Shown here: positions 41,401-48,689 of the stretch, piece by piece
Numbering within the stretch: position 1 is the first letter of the stretch
How the letters are laid out: every line of letters starts with the position of its first letter
Virus record (IMG/VR): IMGVR_UViG_3300020366_000001
Location: 64,001-128,000 of that record
DNA from: a virus
Taxonomy: Duplodnaviria; Caudoviricetes
Reading direction: 5' to 3' (one strand)
Length of the DNA stretch: 64,000 nt
Program-made: the position numbers and the translations under genes
Notes under the pieces: generated by a model
What the model saw: only the letters and a program-made list of their open reading frames with translations
What the model was told of the DNA's origin: nothing
Database searches by the model: none

Positions 41401-41618
41401 ATTTCCTGTTGCAGGATGCAAGTCTTAACTAAGACTTCGGGTGCAAATGTGTCAACATCGAGAAATCTCTCGAAATTATTGATAATATCCTGCGGACCCT
41501 CACTGATAGTGAGTGCTTCGTAATATTTGGACAGGAAATTCGTTACTAGAGGATATTCCTCTACGATAAAGTCAGGTAACTGACTTTCGATCAGCGTGGA
41601 GAGATTCGGTCCTGCCAT
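29424..41618 (-). CDS. gp7: Baseplate wedge initiator (gp7-like), 4064 aa, with a YHYH-like domain and internal repeat modules
   Basis: LIESQLPDFI, LVKKIRDFYNVKGT and LQDGVYYQDYSYVVKS...HPAGFNLFGE motifs; lies between gp6 and gp8. Confidence 0.85.
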   Translation of the reverse strand: MAGPNLSTLIESQLPDFIVEEYPLVTNFLSKYYEALTISEGPQDIINNFERFLDVDTFAPEVLVKTCILQQEIPLGTTKIDILANKTDGFPRRNGLIMIDQEIFLYERVEGNVFKNAIRGYSAKTKLGDLYNDLTYEETNPQVHKQFAEINNLSNLLLAGLIKNYEEQYTSGFPYQYLRDETNKNLLVKKIRDFYNVKGTPQSLEFIFQMLFSVKPDIFYPKESVFKSSESGWNSKELLVVEVIDGDIRKIVGNEIRQTPDPYNPELTPASAIIDNIVGEPYQGSLQYTLTISPGSKEGQFAIARRSFLMTDLSPNAGRGDRIDVFSTVGFPEQDGRVLIGEEQITYSSKTATQFVIHERDAGVENKRQFAHKKGVRCFTKNNLAGVYLDENNIEQTVNLRIYGLIASLASTGIEGELSAGLEYDPTAQNYFDVDAGGIPYVTFDNMVEFSTSGFYDSTPLTNEWIINESATKLTGFDPTNLGSNSIKNTVLSNVQAIYRDRENYFIASSGFPEYAIGPFDNIAIPQDQQHLKIFPRKPLEASTIQYTDSEDIGLYVNGVPIINHKSVDGIDFGALTKINITNTGARYTAPPKVIIEGNATATCTINGSGQVDTVTITDPGSGYSTAPNVTFTSGSGGQITHTISQGQIENIYLDIDQTATVIDPGQNYTEPPMVVISDASGKGRGALFTCQIDTATGQITGFTKLSGGFDYQLETTTVVLAPTMRTAEGTSELVRWKYNSYLYNSIDNSNSAGVVFNSSDARYGLAYGHIIPPTSLKISRSDNVDSQGNPLTNKSHSPILGWAYDGNPIYGSFGYQDPYQDVYASNASIARMSSSWRLKSTRGTDAPSETQYSLGTFCNDYEYVARLGDLDANNGRFCTTPEFPNGTYAYFCTTDSLDAPAYPYTIGDAYYNLPIEENWKPKSRQNYLPDDVRRRRVAANVDTGELLTSRISGVQYGPVTNIEVHSSSGNYTNEDVIYVDTKTTETGDGLFAAVNEIQGHTVASLSCNSPKNNYLITDKPVFINHEATITQQNSGATASVIGVIEEGDKFVVKNVSGTFNLTDAVDSDTEIYNLTFDGTVVADIGDEVVFSAQSGGVAHEKAIGKVIRNVFDKNTVIVELKFANPTEQTSTDTDGNTITLPRDQYSQYGYFSVGDGVALGLASATIVDVNSLSKGFKLLDVEDNIAVLRTQDKVHGLAVGDDVIVTVEPNSSISTQKYFVQTKKYQDIAVTEIDASTAINDSGVARLDVVNAGSGFTPSTTFNNVPLTSSTGSGTSATGNVTTNADGRVVSIVVGSKGSGYKYGDILTTAIGNLGGNVGSNEAKFFVDAAGMGRDDTQVIVDSSLKISEQDVIRITDEELLVTAVAGNTLQVQRGYNDTEVVDHIDDIPVTLITRDYRFNKDSAINFSGNVAYVDSYNPTTNILTVYYINENDTEITSTSTFTDESTPGKQVIITSVSASDLRFRFRKDGDSEWKKNIALDVQRTYQYIFDTSDQSLLGRNLTFYNNVYRTQTLNQAYQSLAKPGTNNSFTTFQLGYGIPIDGNTWKSAPVLDIPPKIYYGESVGLINAEDQFFTLIEDPFAGKHPVFYGYEYEFAYRLPYTPQQEGFTNVQYYTDSLYAIGSIRSVKVISGGKNYTIPPILPGVFLNKRFRGSFKPLIQEGRITSVTVEDTGLNYSKPIVLLENTGSGVNAQFNVELRADGSVSRIVPTNEGTNYSEDTVLRLYESDNKLFAHGEDIGRLATLEIISSGKDFNNDPTLLPQVNPPIVMTLRDMPDKAFLNGELIEQRDGDQQLIATGRVDYWVDGQNILRLKSVTGKFVGDRPITGKSLLSTANIQKIYVANITPKIDSTSTSVGSYGSDRSKLSAVSQKLQDGVYYQDYSYVVKSTVSINDWRDFVKKFTHPAGFNLFGEVLIESFGNARKPETIDTPQSGTKDNGFGAVMSVIEPGVLGCTAQHKSRKITQSHVRVDSFQKQRGLGSINYSEQNNVEIEVFDLALSPGFDGSFQTDGTVTGTTQFTLFKEGINEVLIPFNANQLIVTLDGVLQDPNTAYTVSGSTITFATPPIGPHIDPKTGIFVPGVTFYGKSIKFQDDSLNSQYLLEANNLTSLFDGTTTEFDLGIPVLDGDHLHISLDGVIQEPGVAYELVAGGAGKVKFTEPPRQVGKIVELDIQDATNWLVNDYVVGQTTGARGEIVAKRYFQDHRFLDAGDIVDNNSAVLAEEAVGILDATTAFSVENGFTYPGLGRNQCITDLKSVLKSIAQDLRLGGNANTYAAASEYLIDPSASTGTIKHIEGEVEATLWSMRYLRDMTFLSLRNKFGIDHLTYTERYNDVTFAMQPTDISYESTSGNMTLTIADHGLTANDYIAFAANSLVFTCSQDNHATPHSYPRTTDPYYNRIIDILSVTSDTITVNVGASPAGQQYDHTFVSAAANSVGKYNDPFHTTNSVGNTYIDAASLLSSNVALIAEEAVARMLDAGGTIADPAFNTALPIISATATTITLDVGKSDSPATHTFDSALNNAVITGGNYTHTFQEADTNSIQVTSGPILSPTNASYDPTTGDFVITVVGHTLTTSDTITIADNAFTFRCTMDQNATPHSYPRSTDPASGQALAITAVAGDTFTVNVGASPEVTFTPTNGTYDPLTGMMMLDIGTHTLAEGTSVKLLANGISFNCNYGTGTHIFVSGVGNAITAGGGASGTFTAAAGTTYDPLTGDMVLEIGSHSLTTSNTVTIADNGVTFTCDADNHATNHSYPRATDPSSGVAEAITAVTATTITINVGVAQGSGSIKSYPRASSPGSADDCVDDVKDMVNAIIFNIKYGGNNKVYDAADLYVDRDGFLNHITQKVTETLTVFNNVKTLAADIIRNNIITPVGTHGITQIVDNSITVETNECAVVESTINTLVDIVGGAIQNPDTFETTYTRTIPEYWPIVHSPLPANRDLTITVDYGANPYCAQVESAVNVLFEIVLNTIRKAAFEGENHLLSVTEDFPNPNRIQVEMTKKEFVSGEDIQSEASLATTTIQSTSVIAPGTQQKFFGFKQGKFYKLDSIEDQFNDAQTIFELERNGVPFYAERSQNIIIILNGVIQQNKNAYRVEDNIIVFNEAPAAGSNCFVLYFFGLDPQRILLGYNIEPPGTFSKFFKLTVDQQVVLPVEGANVWVSTDANGVAYPYVQSFSRGRCYKQSWTPGQQNLIFVENVTGQKINWEGGVLSFTRDRGSSASILDVNILSVEETVDDDLREKLFNRQDRIKSNLKPGDLIQIDGEADTRSIIRAAKEALVTSGYDSDNTVSSYFRSYEYEVVLNVGSYSGQREGQDAQAVARIEAELRYHSLTSARAAGSEYLPNDVLIQYNDQNDVNSGVVWSATVKNYIPARKTIELFSNHLDGSPYTNPDLTTFRSGEKVYIQNVAGTESTGLQVLPAGSVNSVVVSKRDNSAYYDRFKTWKQDNVWSNGENLLGGAFVPANASANDISQEYDFATSDYDDLLEPQISKDYREPPKILFRTAPIVDSNGNPTGSPTGGGARANAVVVRGEVVDVEIVSGGSGYKLPPQILFTRGYFIIRKDPLDITNLTTFGIEPVTIDSRAGLLSFIEVFKKGGDLSRFASQLPVGNIIVFGNAGHAAFLVNKSQQVTLMHQYLLDVDDIEMKPQPQILIELAPEDLKIAHQGTRVTQSQMSGGVQGLTCAITTHKKTETKLSMNAGSVEKRADNNPDMVGYDTYTTNSLGSRLKQLEDFKFEIQPQDQSAAGLAGSYQDASGRTINYTMGDMDIGFFSDLFPLLTIGDFENPDVANSQVVDNGDRTRFNFQQGSEIHFSTQTRALLLDNQFGGDVVLVNSTKGFPANGGQFIIGNTTTDKCELMTYTSAMTDRFVGITRVNPLNNVEQGARFSDLTPAQTLNVSLTAGGAGTGNNTLFASPTQYYIFQGGTAGANRHIYWQFTQAETTAAFAGRTTITTEYIRGNDVNGGELPNQDLRVFLHTPTSGYVQAGALWTSASSDGADWSTTTLTIPAAIQTDIANGEAVRIYYDQVNVAGATSDYFAIRSFWLEDLTEAYPEGSIVMSANTF

Positions 41619-41621
41619 TTA

Positions 41622-43436
41622 TCAGATGAGTGCTTCTTGTTGAACGAGGAAAACGCTACTAGAGAGATCAAGACTTAAATATGCCTCACGCAAAGCATAA
41701 ATGTCTTTGTTCACGGGTAGAACACGTAGTTCTATCCTGTTGTCGTCGTAGGTACCTTTGATTATATTTAACCGATTCAGCATTACCTCTCCTTTGAGGT
41801 AATCTATGGTACCTTGCTGTTCGTTGAGGACAAATCTGTCCTGGGTGGTAGGATCGATCTTATAAAGGTAGACATTACCTTTTTGATCGTCTGCCAGATA
41901 GACAATATCCGTAGGAAAGTCAGAAACAACAAACCCAGTAGATTGAACAGAAGGATTAGAACAACCTGATTTAACTGTGTTCTGATAGCAGATTTCATAT
42001 TGTGTAACAGTATTCAGAATGGGGTAAAAATCCTTCCTTAATTTAATATCAGTTTCGTTAGATGTAATAGATGTCTCTGTAGAATCAATAATTCCGACGA
42101 TACGAGAATATTTGAATCTACCATTGAACTTTTCAAGATCTGATGTACTCCTATAAGAAGTCAGGGACTGATTAACCTTAGATTTGATCTCTGCTTCGGT
42201 TAAGTCAGTCTTTGATTTGTTATAATAGATCTTTGAATTTAGTTCAACGTAAGTAATGGACGGATCAATAATTTCTGGGGTAACAGAAACAACCGAATAT
42301 TTTTTAAGTTGCGTTACAATAAGATTCTTCGTATATTGAGAAAGTTTTGTAGAGAACTTAGGTTTAATTACGATTTTGACTTTACCGTACTCTGGTGGAT
42401 CAGCGTCTTCTCCACCGAAAGATACAATGTCAGCAATCGAAGGGTAAATATTACGGATAATGGATTCGTAGTCGTCTGCCGTAACTGCACGACTTTGGGT
42501 ATTGAAAAATTTCGGAGCATTTCGTTTAATCGAATCAATCGATTCAAGTTCTTCACCTCCTGTGGCTGCACTTACTGTGGTAAGATTAATCGTAGGTCCA
42601 TAATTAGAGTTGCCAAGGCTATCTTCTAATAAAGCACCGAACGTAAACACTCTAGCGTTATTAGCTACATTACCGTTGGTGGTAATATAGGTGATCTCGA
42701 TATAATTGTTGGTTTTTAGTTTCTTACCTAAGATACCATCACCAAAAATAATCTGATAACGCTCATCTTCTCCCTCTTGGAGGAAGAAAACATTTGAAGT
42801 TCCATCAAAACCGATAATATTATCTGCCAGACGGAACTCAGTAAAAGTAGTATCGCTTATCGTGTCTCTAACAATAATTTTAATCGTGCTTGTGTCAATA
42901 TTGGAGTTCTTCAGTCTAAAACGCTGAGGAATTGCAGCGTTGTAAGTATATGTCTCTGACACATAATTTCCTTCCTTGATTTCAACGTTATTAAACGTAG
43001 CGAGAGAGTTGGAATCAAGATTGGAGGTATAATCTTTATCAGTAATGAAGGAGTATGTTACTCCATTAATACGAGTGAGAAACTGTGACCCTCTTGGGAG
43101 TCTCACCGTAGTGGGAACGTTATTCTCTGCAGCGTAACTTGCCTCGAAGTTGATAACTGCAGTTGGTGCGGTAGAAGACTTGGGTAAGTAACCGATTTGC
43201 TTCGCCAGAGACACCACATTGTCCCTGAGAGTCGCTGATTCAAGGAATGCCTCATTGACTACCATATTGGCGTTAAACGCCGTGTAGTACGTATTATAGG
43301 CAAGTACATCCAACAGGACCGAAAGAGTCGATCCTTCAAAGTCATAATCAGTAAAATCGCTATTTGAGCGAAGGTACTCTTTTAAAGATTGCTTGACTTG
43401 ATCAAAGTCTAAGTTTGCAACTTGGATGTAGGACAT
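41622..43436 (-). CDS. gp6: Baseplate wedge subunit (T4 gp6-like)
   Basis: LDFDQVKQSLKEYL..FTDYDFEGS..LAYNTYY..FLESATLR, FGDG and RAVTADDY motifs. Confidence 0.95.
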   Translation of the reverse strand: MSYIQVANLDFDQVKQSLKEYLRSNSDFTDYDFEGSTLSVLLDVLAYNTYYTAFNANMVVNEAFLESATLRDNVVSLAKQIGYLPKSSTAPTAVINFEASYAAENNVPTTVRLPRGSQFLTRINGVTYSFITDKDYTSNLDSNSLATFNNVEIKEGNYVSETYTYNAAIPQRFRLKNSNIDTSTIKIIVRDTISDTTFTEFRLADNIIGFDGTSNVFFLQEGEDERYQIIFGDGILGKKLKTNNYIEITYITTNGNVANNARVFTFGALLEDSLGNSNYGPTINLTTVSAATGGEELESIDSIKRNAPKFFNTQSRAVTADDYESIIRNIYPSIADIVSFGGEDADPPEYGKVKIVIKPKFSTKLSQYTKNLIVTQLKKYSVVSVTPEIIDPSITYVELNSKIYYNKSKTDLTEAEIKSKVNQSLTSYRSTSDLEKFNGRFKYSRIVGIIDSTETSITSNETDIKLRKDFYPILNTVTQYEICYQNTVKSGCSNPSVQSTGFVVSDFPTDIVYLADDQKGNVYLYKIDPTTQDRFVLNEQQGTIDYLKGEVMLNRLNIIKGTYDDNRIELRVLPVNKDIYALREAYLSLDLSSSVFLVQQEALI

Positions 43437-43834
43437 TATCGGGTTCTTTCTAGGAAGAATTCTAAATCACGAACTTGTGCGTCAGATTCGATGCCTACAA
43501 TCTCAAACGAAATTGCTACATCAAAACCATTGTTGTCATAATTTGCATCGACAGTCAAATCAATAAGGTTTACTCTAGGTTCATACTTGACAATAAGATA
43601 TTCCAGCTCATCTTGTAATAACGAAGCAGTAACTGAATCTAAAGGTTCAAATAACAGGGCAGCAACATTGCTACCCAGATCGGGTTTGAAAAACCTTTCA
43701 CCCTTACGGGTCATTATTAAATTGTACAATGCTCTTTTTACCGCAGATTCATCTGTGGTAACTAAAACGTCATTTGTAATAGGATTAATGCCTAATGAAA
43801 TAGACACATCCTTAAATTTGACCGATTTAGGCAT
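43436..43834 (-). CDS. gp25: Baseplate wedge subunit (T4 gp25-like)
   Basis: AVKRALYNLIMTRKGERFFKPDLGS...YEPRV motif. Confidence 0.93.
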   Translation of the reverse strand: MPKSVKFKDVSISLGINPITNDVLVTTDESAVKRALYNLIMTRKGERFFKPDLGSNVAALLFEPLDSVTASLLQDELEYLIVKYEPRVNLIDLTVDANYDNNGFDVAISFEIVGIESDAQVRDLEFFLERTR

Positions 43835-43979
43835 TGTCAGTCGGTTTCTTTTCTATGTATGCGACTTTCTTGGTAGCTTGGCGCAGATATCTATCAGAGG
43901 CAGGATCTGTGATTAACAGCATCCCACTTTTCATAAAATCTTTACCATAATCGACTGGTGTTTTGCGAGGGATTGCCAT
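43827..43979 (-). CDS. Small conserved hypothetical protein
   Basis: MAIPRKTPVDYGKDFMKSGMLLITDPASDRYL; GGAG RBS upstream of the 43979 ATG. Confidence 0.65.
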   Translation of the reverse strand: MAIPRKTPVDYGKDFMKSGMLLITDPASDRYLRQATKKVAYIEKKPTDNA

Positions 43980-44001
43980 AGCATCTCCACGATCTGACGA
44001 T

Positions 44002-44658
44002 TTATTTAGTTTGTCGTTCATCTGCGTTTTTCCAGTAATAATCATCGGTGTCACCTAGTCTACCCCATCCAGTTCCGTTCTCAACTTGATAATATCTCGT
44101 CGATACCTTGAAATCTGGTGTTAGAGGTTCATCTGGTGTTAGTGAAAGGTCATAAACTCGCATCCTATTGTTAGGATATAGTGCATATTGACCATTTTCA
44201 AGCAAAATGCAATTGTGAGACTTGTGTTCTTCGGGTTGCTCGCTCACATTGGTGTCTGTAATGTCGATATCAGCGTGAAAATTGTCTAAAGTGAACAAAT
44301 ATTCACCTTTCATCAGTCCGTGAGTGCGTGTTAACACCTCAAAATCCATTGAAGCGATAAATTGCTTGGTGATACACCGCACACCATAGTCCATACAGTT
44401 CCAAAATTGCAAATTTTGCAAATTTAAGCACGGATCGGGTAGTTCTGGCGCGGATACAAACGCCGAAATAGGCAATTTGTCGTATAATGCGCCATATTCG
44501 GGCAAAAATGTCTCAAAATAAAAAGCGCGTCCAGGTATCGACTTAACAGATACCCAAACGCCCTCAACAAATTCGCCAAATCCGTCTTGAAAGTCTCTTA
44601 AATACTCTCTTCGCACCCAAACTTTAGTATTTGGGAGATTGACGACTAACTGACTCAT
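44002..44658 (-). CDS. Conserved cyanophage hypothetical protein
   Basis: WVSVKSIPGRAFYFE, YDKLPISAF, EHKSHN and ALYPNNRMR motifs. Confidence 0.8.
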   Translation of the reverse strand: MSQLVVNLPNTKVWVRREYLRDFQDGFGEFVEGVWVSVKSIPGRAFYFETFLPEYGALYDKLPISAFVSAPELPDPCLNLQNLQFWNCMDYGVRCITKQFIASMDFEVLTRTHGLMKGEYLFTLDNFHADIDITDTNVSEQPEEHKSHNCILLENGQYALYPNNRMRVYDLSLTPDEPLTPDFKVSTRYYQVENGTGWGRLGDTDDYYWKNADERQTK

Positions 44659-44795
44659 CGCTTGCCTTGTCCACGGTAACGTTTTTTCTTGCCATTACGG
44701 GAAGAAGCGGCAAGTTTAGTATTTACACTACATCCTTGACGAGTTTTTTTCGGAGCAGCAGGTTGAAAAGTGATGCCAGTTTTGTAAAGTGCCAT
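44655..44795 (-). CDS. Small basic protein (46 aa, not in the ORF track)
   Basis: MALYKTGITFQPAAPKKTRQGCSVNTKLAASSRNGKKKRYRGQGKR; TAATG and ATGA coupling on both sides. Confidence 0.75.
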   Translation of the reverse strand: MALYKTGITFQPAAPKKTRQGCSVNTKLAASSRNGKKKRYRGQGKR

Positions 44796-45352
44796 TAATC
44801 GCAATCAGTAATAGAGTTGTCACCTGGGGCTTGTGAAGATCTGCTTCCTTGTCCGCCTATGGTTGGGAAACCAATGGCAAAAATACCAGCAGCAAGAGCT
44901 CCAGCAATGCCTGCAGCAGCGGCGGCAGCAGCAAGACCTGCCACTGCGCTACCACCACTGCATTGTAACACGTTAGGTGCCCCCACTGCAACCGCAGAAC
45001 CGCAGGTAATAGAGTCTCCTATCCTTGCAAGGGGTACACGTGCCGCACAGACCTTAGGACCGATAGCAGTGAGGATAGCATCTGTCTCAACATCACCCGT
45101 TTTCATAGTTTTCATAGGCACTGCAGGTGCTCCACTACCTCCCATTACTGTTGAACAAGTTGCTTTAACAGTTCCAGGGTGACAAGCAGGGTTTTTTCCG
45201 CAGGGTTTGCAGTGTATAACTCTTACAGTGCCTGTATGAATAGGAACAATCTTCGTAACCTGAACGTTGGTGATCAGATTTGTACTATAATTCGCTGGTG
45301 GCCAACAACCGTGACCTGTACATACACCTGTAAATAGTCCTACTGCTGCCAT
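44795..45352 (-). CDS. PAAR-like spike tip protein (gp5.4-like) with a C-terminal extension
   Basis: CTGHGCWPP, IHC, CHPG and PLARIGDSITCGSAVAVGAPNV motifs. Confidence 0.75.
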   Translation of the reverse strand: MAAVGLFTGVCTGHGCWPPANYSTNLITNVQVTKIVPIHTGTVRVIHCKPCGKNPACHPGTVKATCSTVMGGSGAPAVPMKTMKTGDVETDAILTAIGPKVCAARVPLARIGDSITCGSAVAVGAPNVLQCSGGSAVAGLAAAAAAAGIAGALAAGIFAIGFPTIGGQGSRSSQAPGDNSITDCD

Positions 45353-45353
45353 T

Positions 45354-48053
45354 TTACACGTAAATATGGGAGAAAGTGTGATCGTTCCGCAAATGTTGCT
45401 CTGCTGTGGTCTGTTTGCGCTCCCTAAGAACGTTCAAAAGTTTAATAGACCCGTCACTGCGGACCCTTTTTCCGTCGTAGTGCGCAATCTCACGGGATCC
45501 CTCATATTTATACACGTTTGCATCGGATGCTCCCAGCGATAAACGGGTGGTTGCGGTAGCATTTGTCAATTGAGGCGCAGTAAGTTCGATAGTTGCACCT
45601 GATAAAGTGACAGTTGCGGGAGAAATTAACTGTATTGCGGGTGCTGTACTCAAAGAATATGTACCTGCAGCGACTGGTGCGGTCACAGTAACCTCATCTA
45701 GGTTCAAACTTACGCTTTGAACAGTCAATGTTTGGTCATCAGTACCGATAACTAACATACCAACCTGAATATCGTCTAGGTCAAACCCTTCTTCGCCCAC
45801 TTGCACGCTACTAATACTCAAAACTTGAGTGCCATCTGCAACTGCATCGAAGGAAACACCAGGAATTGAACGTAAAACCTGCGCATCATTCATACTAGTA
45901 GTGGCAACATTGACACCAAGACCCAAAAATATCTTCTCGGGTTCGGATGTAACGACGTTTAGAATGTATCTGTTGCCAATTTCTACATCACCAGTTATAG
46001 AAATCGACGGATCTGGCGCATCAATAGTGACAAGAGGGGGTTGAACGTACCCAGTACCACTATCTGTGATGTTATATCCAATAACTCTACCGAAAGATAT
46101 CTTTGCTTCTGCAGTTGCTTGCCTTCCATTCTCCAAATCAGGTTCCCCAATCGTCACATTTGGGGTATTCATATACCCTAGACCAGGATTGAGTTGCTGA
46201 ACGATCTCAATTCCTTGTCCTTTGAGTGAATAGTTGTTCAATTCAACGTATCCAAAGTCAGGGAAGTCCTTAGCATCATAGTCAAAGATGATTAAATCAT
46301 CCTCACTGGTGTTCATAAACTCTTTAATTTGCGCAACTTTAATATCTCCATCAGGATTTCCCTGATATTCGATAGTTTCTTTCAGTTTATCGCGGTATGT
46401 TGACCAGTTAGAATCGATTGTAAGCATAGCATCGTAGGTATGAACCTCAGATGCACCGTATCCAGGGTTTGCACTGGTTGTGCTGCCACCAGGACTAGAC
46501 TCATCGATGTCTGGAGTGCTTGGATCATCTGGAGTTGGTTCGATTATTGTCGTAATTGTTGCCTGGTTACAATACCAACTAACTTCAATAGCATAATCTA
46601 GAACTTTTGTGCCAATCTTATGAGGTTCATACTCAAAGACACTCCACTTAATCTTCTCACCAGCAGGAGGAACAGTTCTGAAACTATGTGTACACCACTT
46701 TTGTACTAGTTCATAATACCAATTGTCTGGTACAACTGTACTAAAGTTATTCATAATATCGTCAGTGTACTCATTCGCAGCAATTGCTGTATCAATAGTT
46801 GGCAAAACATTACAGAAATATGTTCTTGTTTCACGGAACATCTCTGCTGTATTGTTATACAACTTACCTTCTAACGCTTTATTTGTAATAACTTCTTCTT
46901 CTTCTGTTTCTCCGACAATATCCTTATAGTTGTCAGTAATGCTAGCGGGAGAAGTTAATGAATCTACACTGTTTGCAAAACTTTCTTGATCCTCAAAACT
47001 TGGGATCAATGTACCAGTACACTTTAACTTACCCCAGAACTTATCAGCAGCATCTACTAACTTCTTCTCTAAGCGTCTATTTCTCTTATTCTTAAACGGA
47101 ATAGGTTCGTCTTTCTCGTCAAACCCTAAAATAGGTACCTTGGCATAAACACCAGTATCTACAGAGATAGGCCAAGTAGATTCACGAGATGCAGCATAGT
47201 CAACACCCTTTGACTTTTGCTCTGCATCCATAATCTCCTGACCTAAGTCATATAACCCACAAACAGACTTATCTAGATTGTAGGCAATTTTTGCATTCTT
47301 TTTCTTCCTTCTTTTCTTTTTCCCATCGGTAGGATCCTCATAATCCTCAAAGAAGTCAGGGTTATATTCACCAAATAATTCCTCATACGATTTTGTTGCA
47401 TCAGGAACTTCGGCAACGGGTCCTACAACGTCCACTAACGTGTCGCATTTGGGTTGGAGGTACTTCGTATAGCAAACCTTCTTTGGATGGGAATAGAACC
47501 CGCTTATGGACGCTCTCAGAGGTTCTACATTAATAGTAAACAATCCAATGGTTGATACAGTAGGAGTATCATAGTAACCAGCGACGACATCGGCGGTCGC
47601 GCCGCTTTCAGCACCAGTTATAACTTGATCTGGAAAATTACCAGATGGATTATCTAACTCAATAATATTCAGAGCATTACTCTCACGATATCTGTGCCAC
47701 TCGGCAACGGTCCCTGTAGCGCCATTCGGACAACTTACAGTCTCGCCTACCTTGAAATTACCAGACGGATTCCTGACACTAACTCTCGGTGTCACCGAAT
47801 CGCATATCCACAAATAAAAATACTGCTGCTCTCCTGTTATGCGAATTTGGTATGGAATTAATTGATTGCAAGCAGTACTCTCATCCCCTGAAATATTAGA
47901 AGCACTAAAAAGATACTCAAAATAATCCTCATCATCCATAGGACCCATCTGTACGTCCTGAGACCCCAAAGGTCCCCGCCCACCTTGCGAATCGCTTTGG
48001 TAAAACGGGAATGTACTAGTGACTATTAGAGCATCTTCAAAGTTATACGTCAA
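45354..48053 (-). CDS. Putative virion structural protein (899 aa)
   Basis: GNFKVGETV..GATGTV and NPGLGY..P.VTI / DSGTGYVQPP modules also seen in the baseplate proteins. Confidence 0.65.
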   Translation of the reverse strand: MTYNFEDALIVTSTFPFYQSDSQGGRGPLGSQDVQMGPMDDEDYFEYLFSASNISGDESTACNQLIPYQIRITGEQQYFYLWICDSVTPRVSVRNPSGNFKVGETVSCPNGATGTVAEWHRYRESNALNIIELDNPSGNFPDQVITGAESGATADVVAGYYDTPTVSTIGLFTINVEPLRASISGFYSHPKKVCYTKYLQPKCDTLVDVVGPVAEVPDATKSYEELFGEYNPDFFEDYEDPTDGKKKRRKKKNAKIAYNLDKSVCGLYDLGQEIMDAEQKSKGVDYAASRESTWPISVDTGVYAKVPILGFDEKDEPIPFKNKRNRRLEKKLVDAADKFWGKLKCTGTLIPSFEDQESFANSVDSLTSPASITDNYKDIVGETEEEEVITNKALEGKLYNNTAEMFRETRTYFCNVLPTIDTAIAANEYTDDIMNNFSTVVPDNWYYELVQKWCTHSFRTVPPAGEKIKWSVFEYEPHKIGTKVLDYAIEVSWYCNQATITTIIEPTPDDPSTPDIDESSPGGSTTSANPGYGASEVHTYDAMLTIDSNWSTYRDKLKETIEYQGNPDGDIKVAQIKEFMNTSEDDLIIFDYDAKDFPDFGYVELNNYSLKGQGIEIVQQLNPGLGYMNTPNVTIGEPDLENGRQATAEAKISFGRVIGYNITDSGTGYVQPPLVTIDAPDPSISITGDVEIGNRYILNVVTSEPEKIFLGLGVNVATTSMNDAQVLRSIPGVSFDAVADGTQVLSISSVQVGEEGFDLDDIQVGMLVIGTDDQTLTVQSVSLNLDEVTVTAPVAAGTYSLSTAPAIQLISPATVTLSGATIELTAPQLTNATATTRLSLGASDANVYKYEGSREIAHYDGKRVRSDGSIKLLNVLRERKQTTAEQHLRNDHTFSHIYV

Positions 48054-48333
48054 GTTCTTGCCTCATCTCGATTGTGGTTAACCTAGTCTCTACACTATTC
48101 AGATAATCGACAATACTCTCGTGCTGGGTACTTCCAGGACGACGGTACATAATTGTCATATTGCTGATTGAGTCCTGCACCGCTTTGATACTTTCGCGGA
48201 TCTCTTTGATCTCTTCCTTCATCTGAAGCTTGTAATCTCTCAAGTCGTAATCCATAGCAAGTTCGTTAATTAAACTATCATACCACAAAGTGTTCTCATC
48301 GGGCGTTCGGGTTGATTTTGAGAACTCTGGCAT
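48043..48333 (-). CDS. Hypothetical coiled-coil protein
   Basis: 96-aa ORF with MYRRPGS..HESIVDYL block. Confidence 0.65.
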   Translation of the reverse strand: MPEFSKSTRTPDENTLWYDSLINELAMDYDLRDYKLQMKEEIKEIRESIKAVQDSISNMTIMYRRPGSTQHESIVDYLNSVETRLTTIEMRQELDV

Positions 48334-48511
48334 CTGACCTCATTTCTAGAATGTCTGGAAGTCCCTTAACGGCAGTTTCTTCCTTCCTAAATTTATGCGC
48401 CGAGTCACTGTCAGTACTCCACATACTGTCCCGAATCCAATAAACCATACCCGTGTGCAATGATCCTGCAAAAGGGGCAGCAATTGTCCAATACTCTTTG
48501 CGTTGTGCCAT
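48296..48511 (-). CDS. Hypothetical protein
   Basis: 71-aa ORF; late-like GATAAATA at 48568-48575 upstream. Confidence 0.6.
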   Translation of the reverse strand: MAQRKEYWTIAAPFAGSLHTGMVYWIRDSMWSTDSDSAHKFRKEETAVKGLPDILEMRSDARVLKINPNAR

Positions 48512-48620
48512 TGTAAAAAATTCTAAGGGCGAAAATTAATTCCGAAAATTTTTCAGAACCAAAAAAATATTTATCTCGCTCTCTGGGTTCGTTGTAGGTT
48601 AGACTTGGCGAATTCTCTAT

Positions 48621-48661
48621 AAAAACGCCCCCCATCGAATAACAGTCAAATAGGGGGCGTT
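48621..48661 (-). terminator. Terminator closing the early-gene block
   Basis: AACGCCCCC...GGGGGCGTT stem ending in a T-run on the minus strand. Confidence 0.7.
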
Positions 48662-48689
48662 CGGTTTGTGTTACTTAGTGCCGCTACGG

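Noticed and set aside
47290-47325. KKKRRKKK stretch in the 899-aa protein as a nuclear localisation signal
   Set aside because: The host is bacterial; the stretch is simply a basic low-complexity patch
48411-48635. 74-aa minus-strand ORF across the boundary region
   Set aside because: Starts inside a terminator hairpin, has no RBS and overlaps a better ORF
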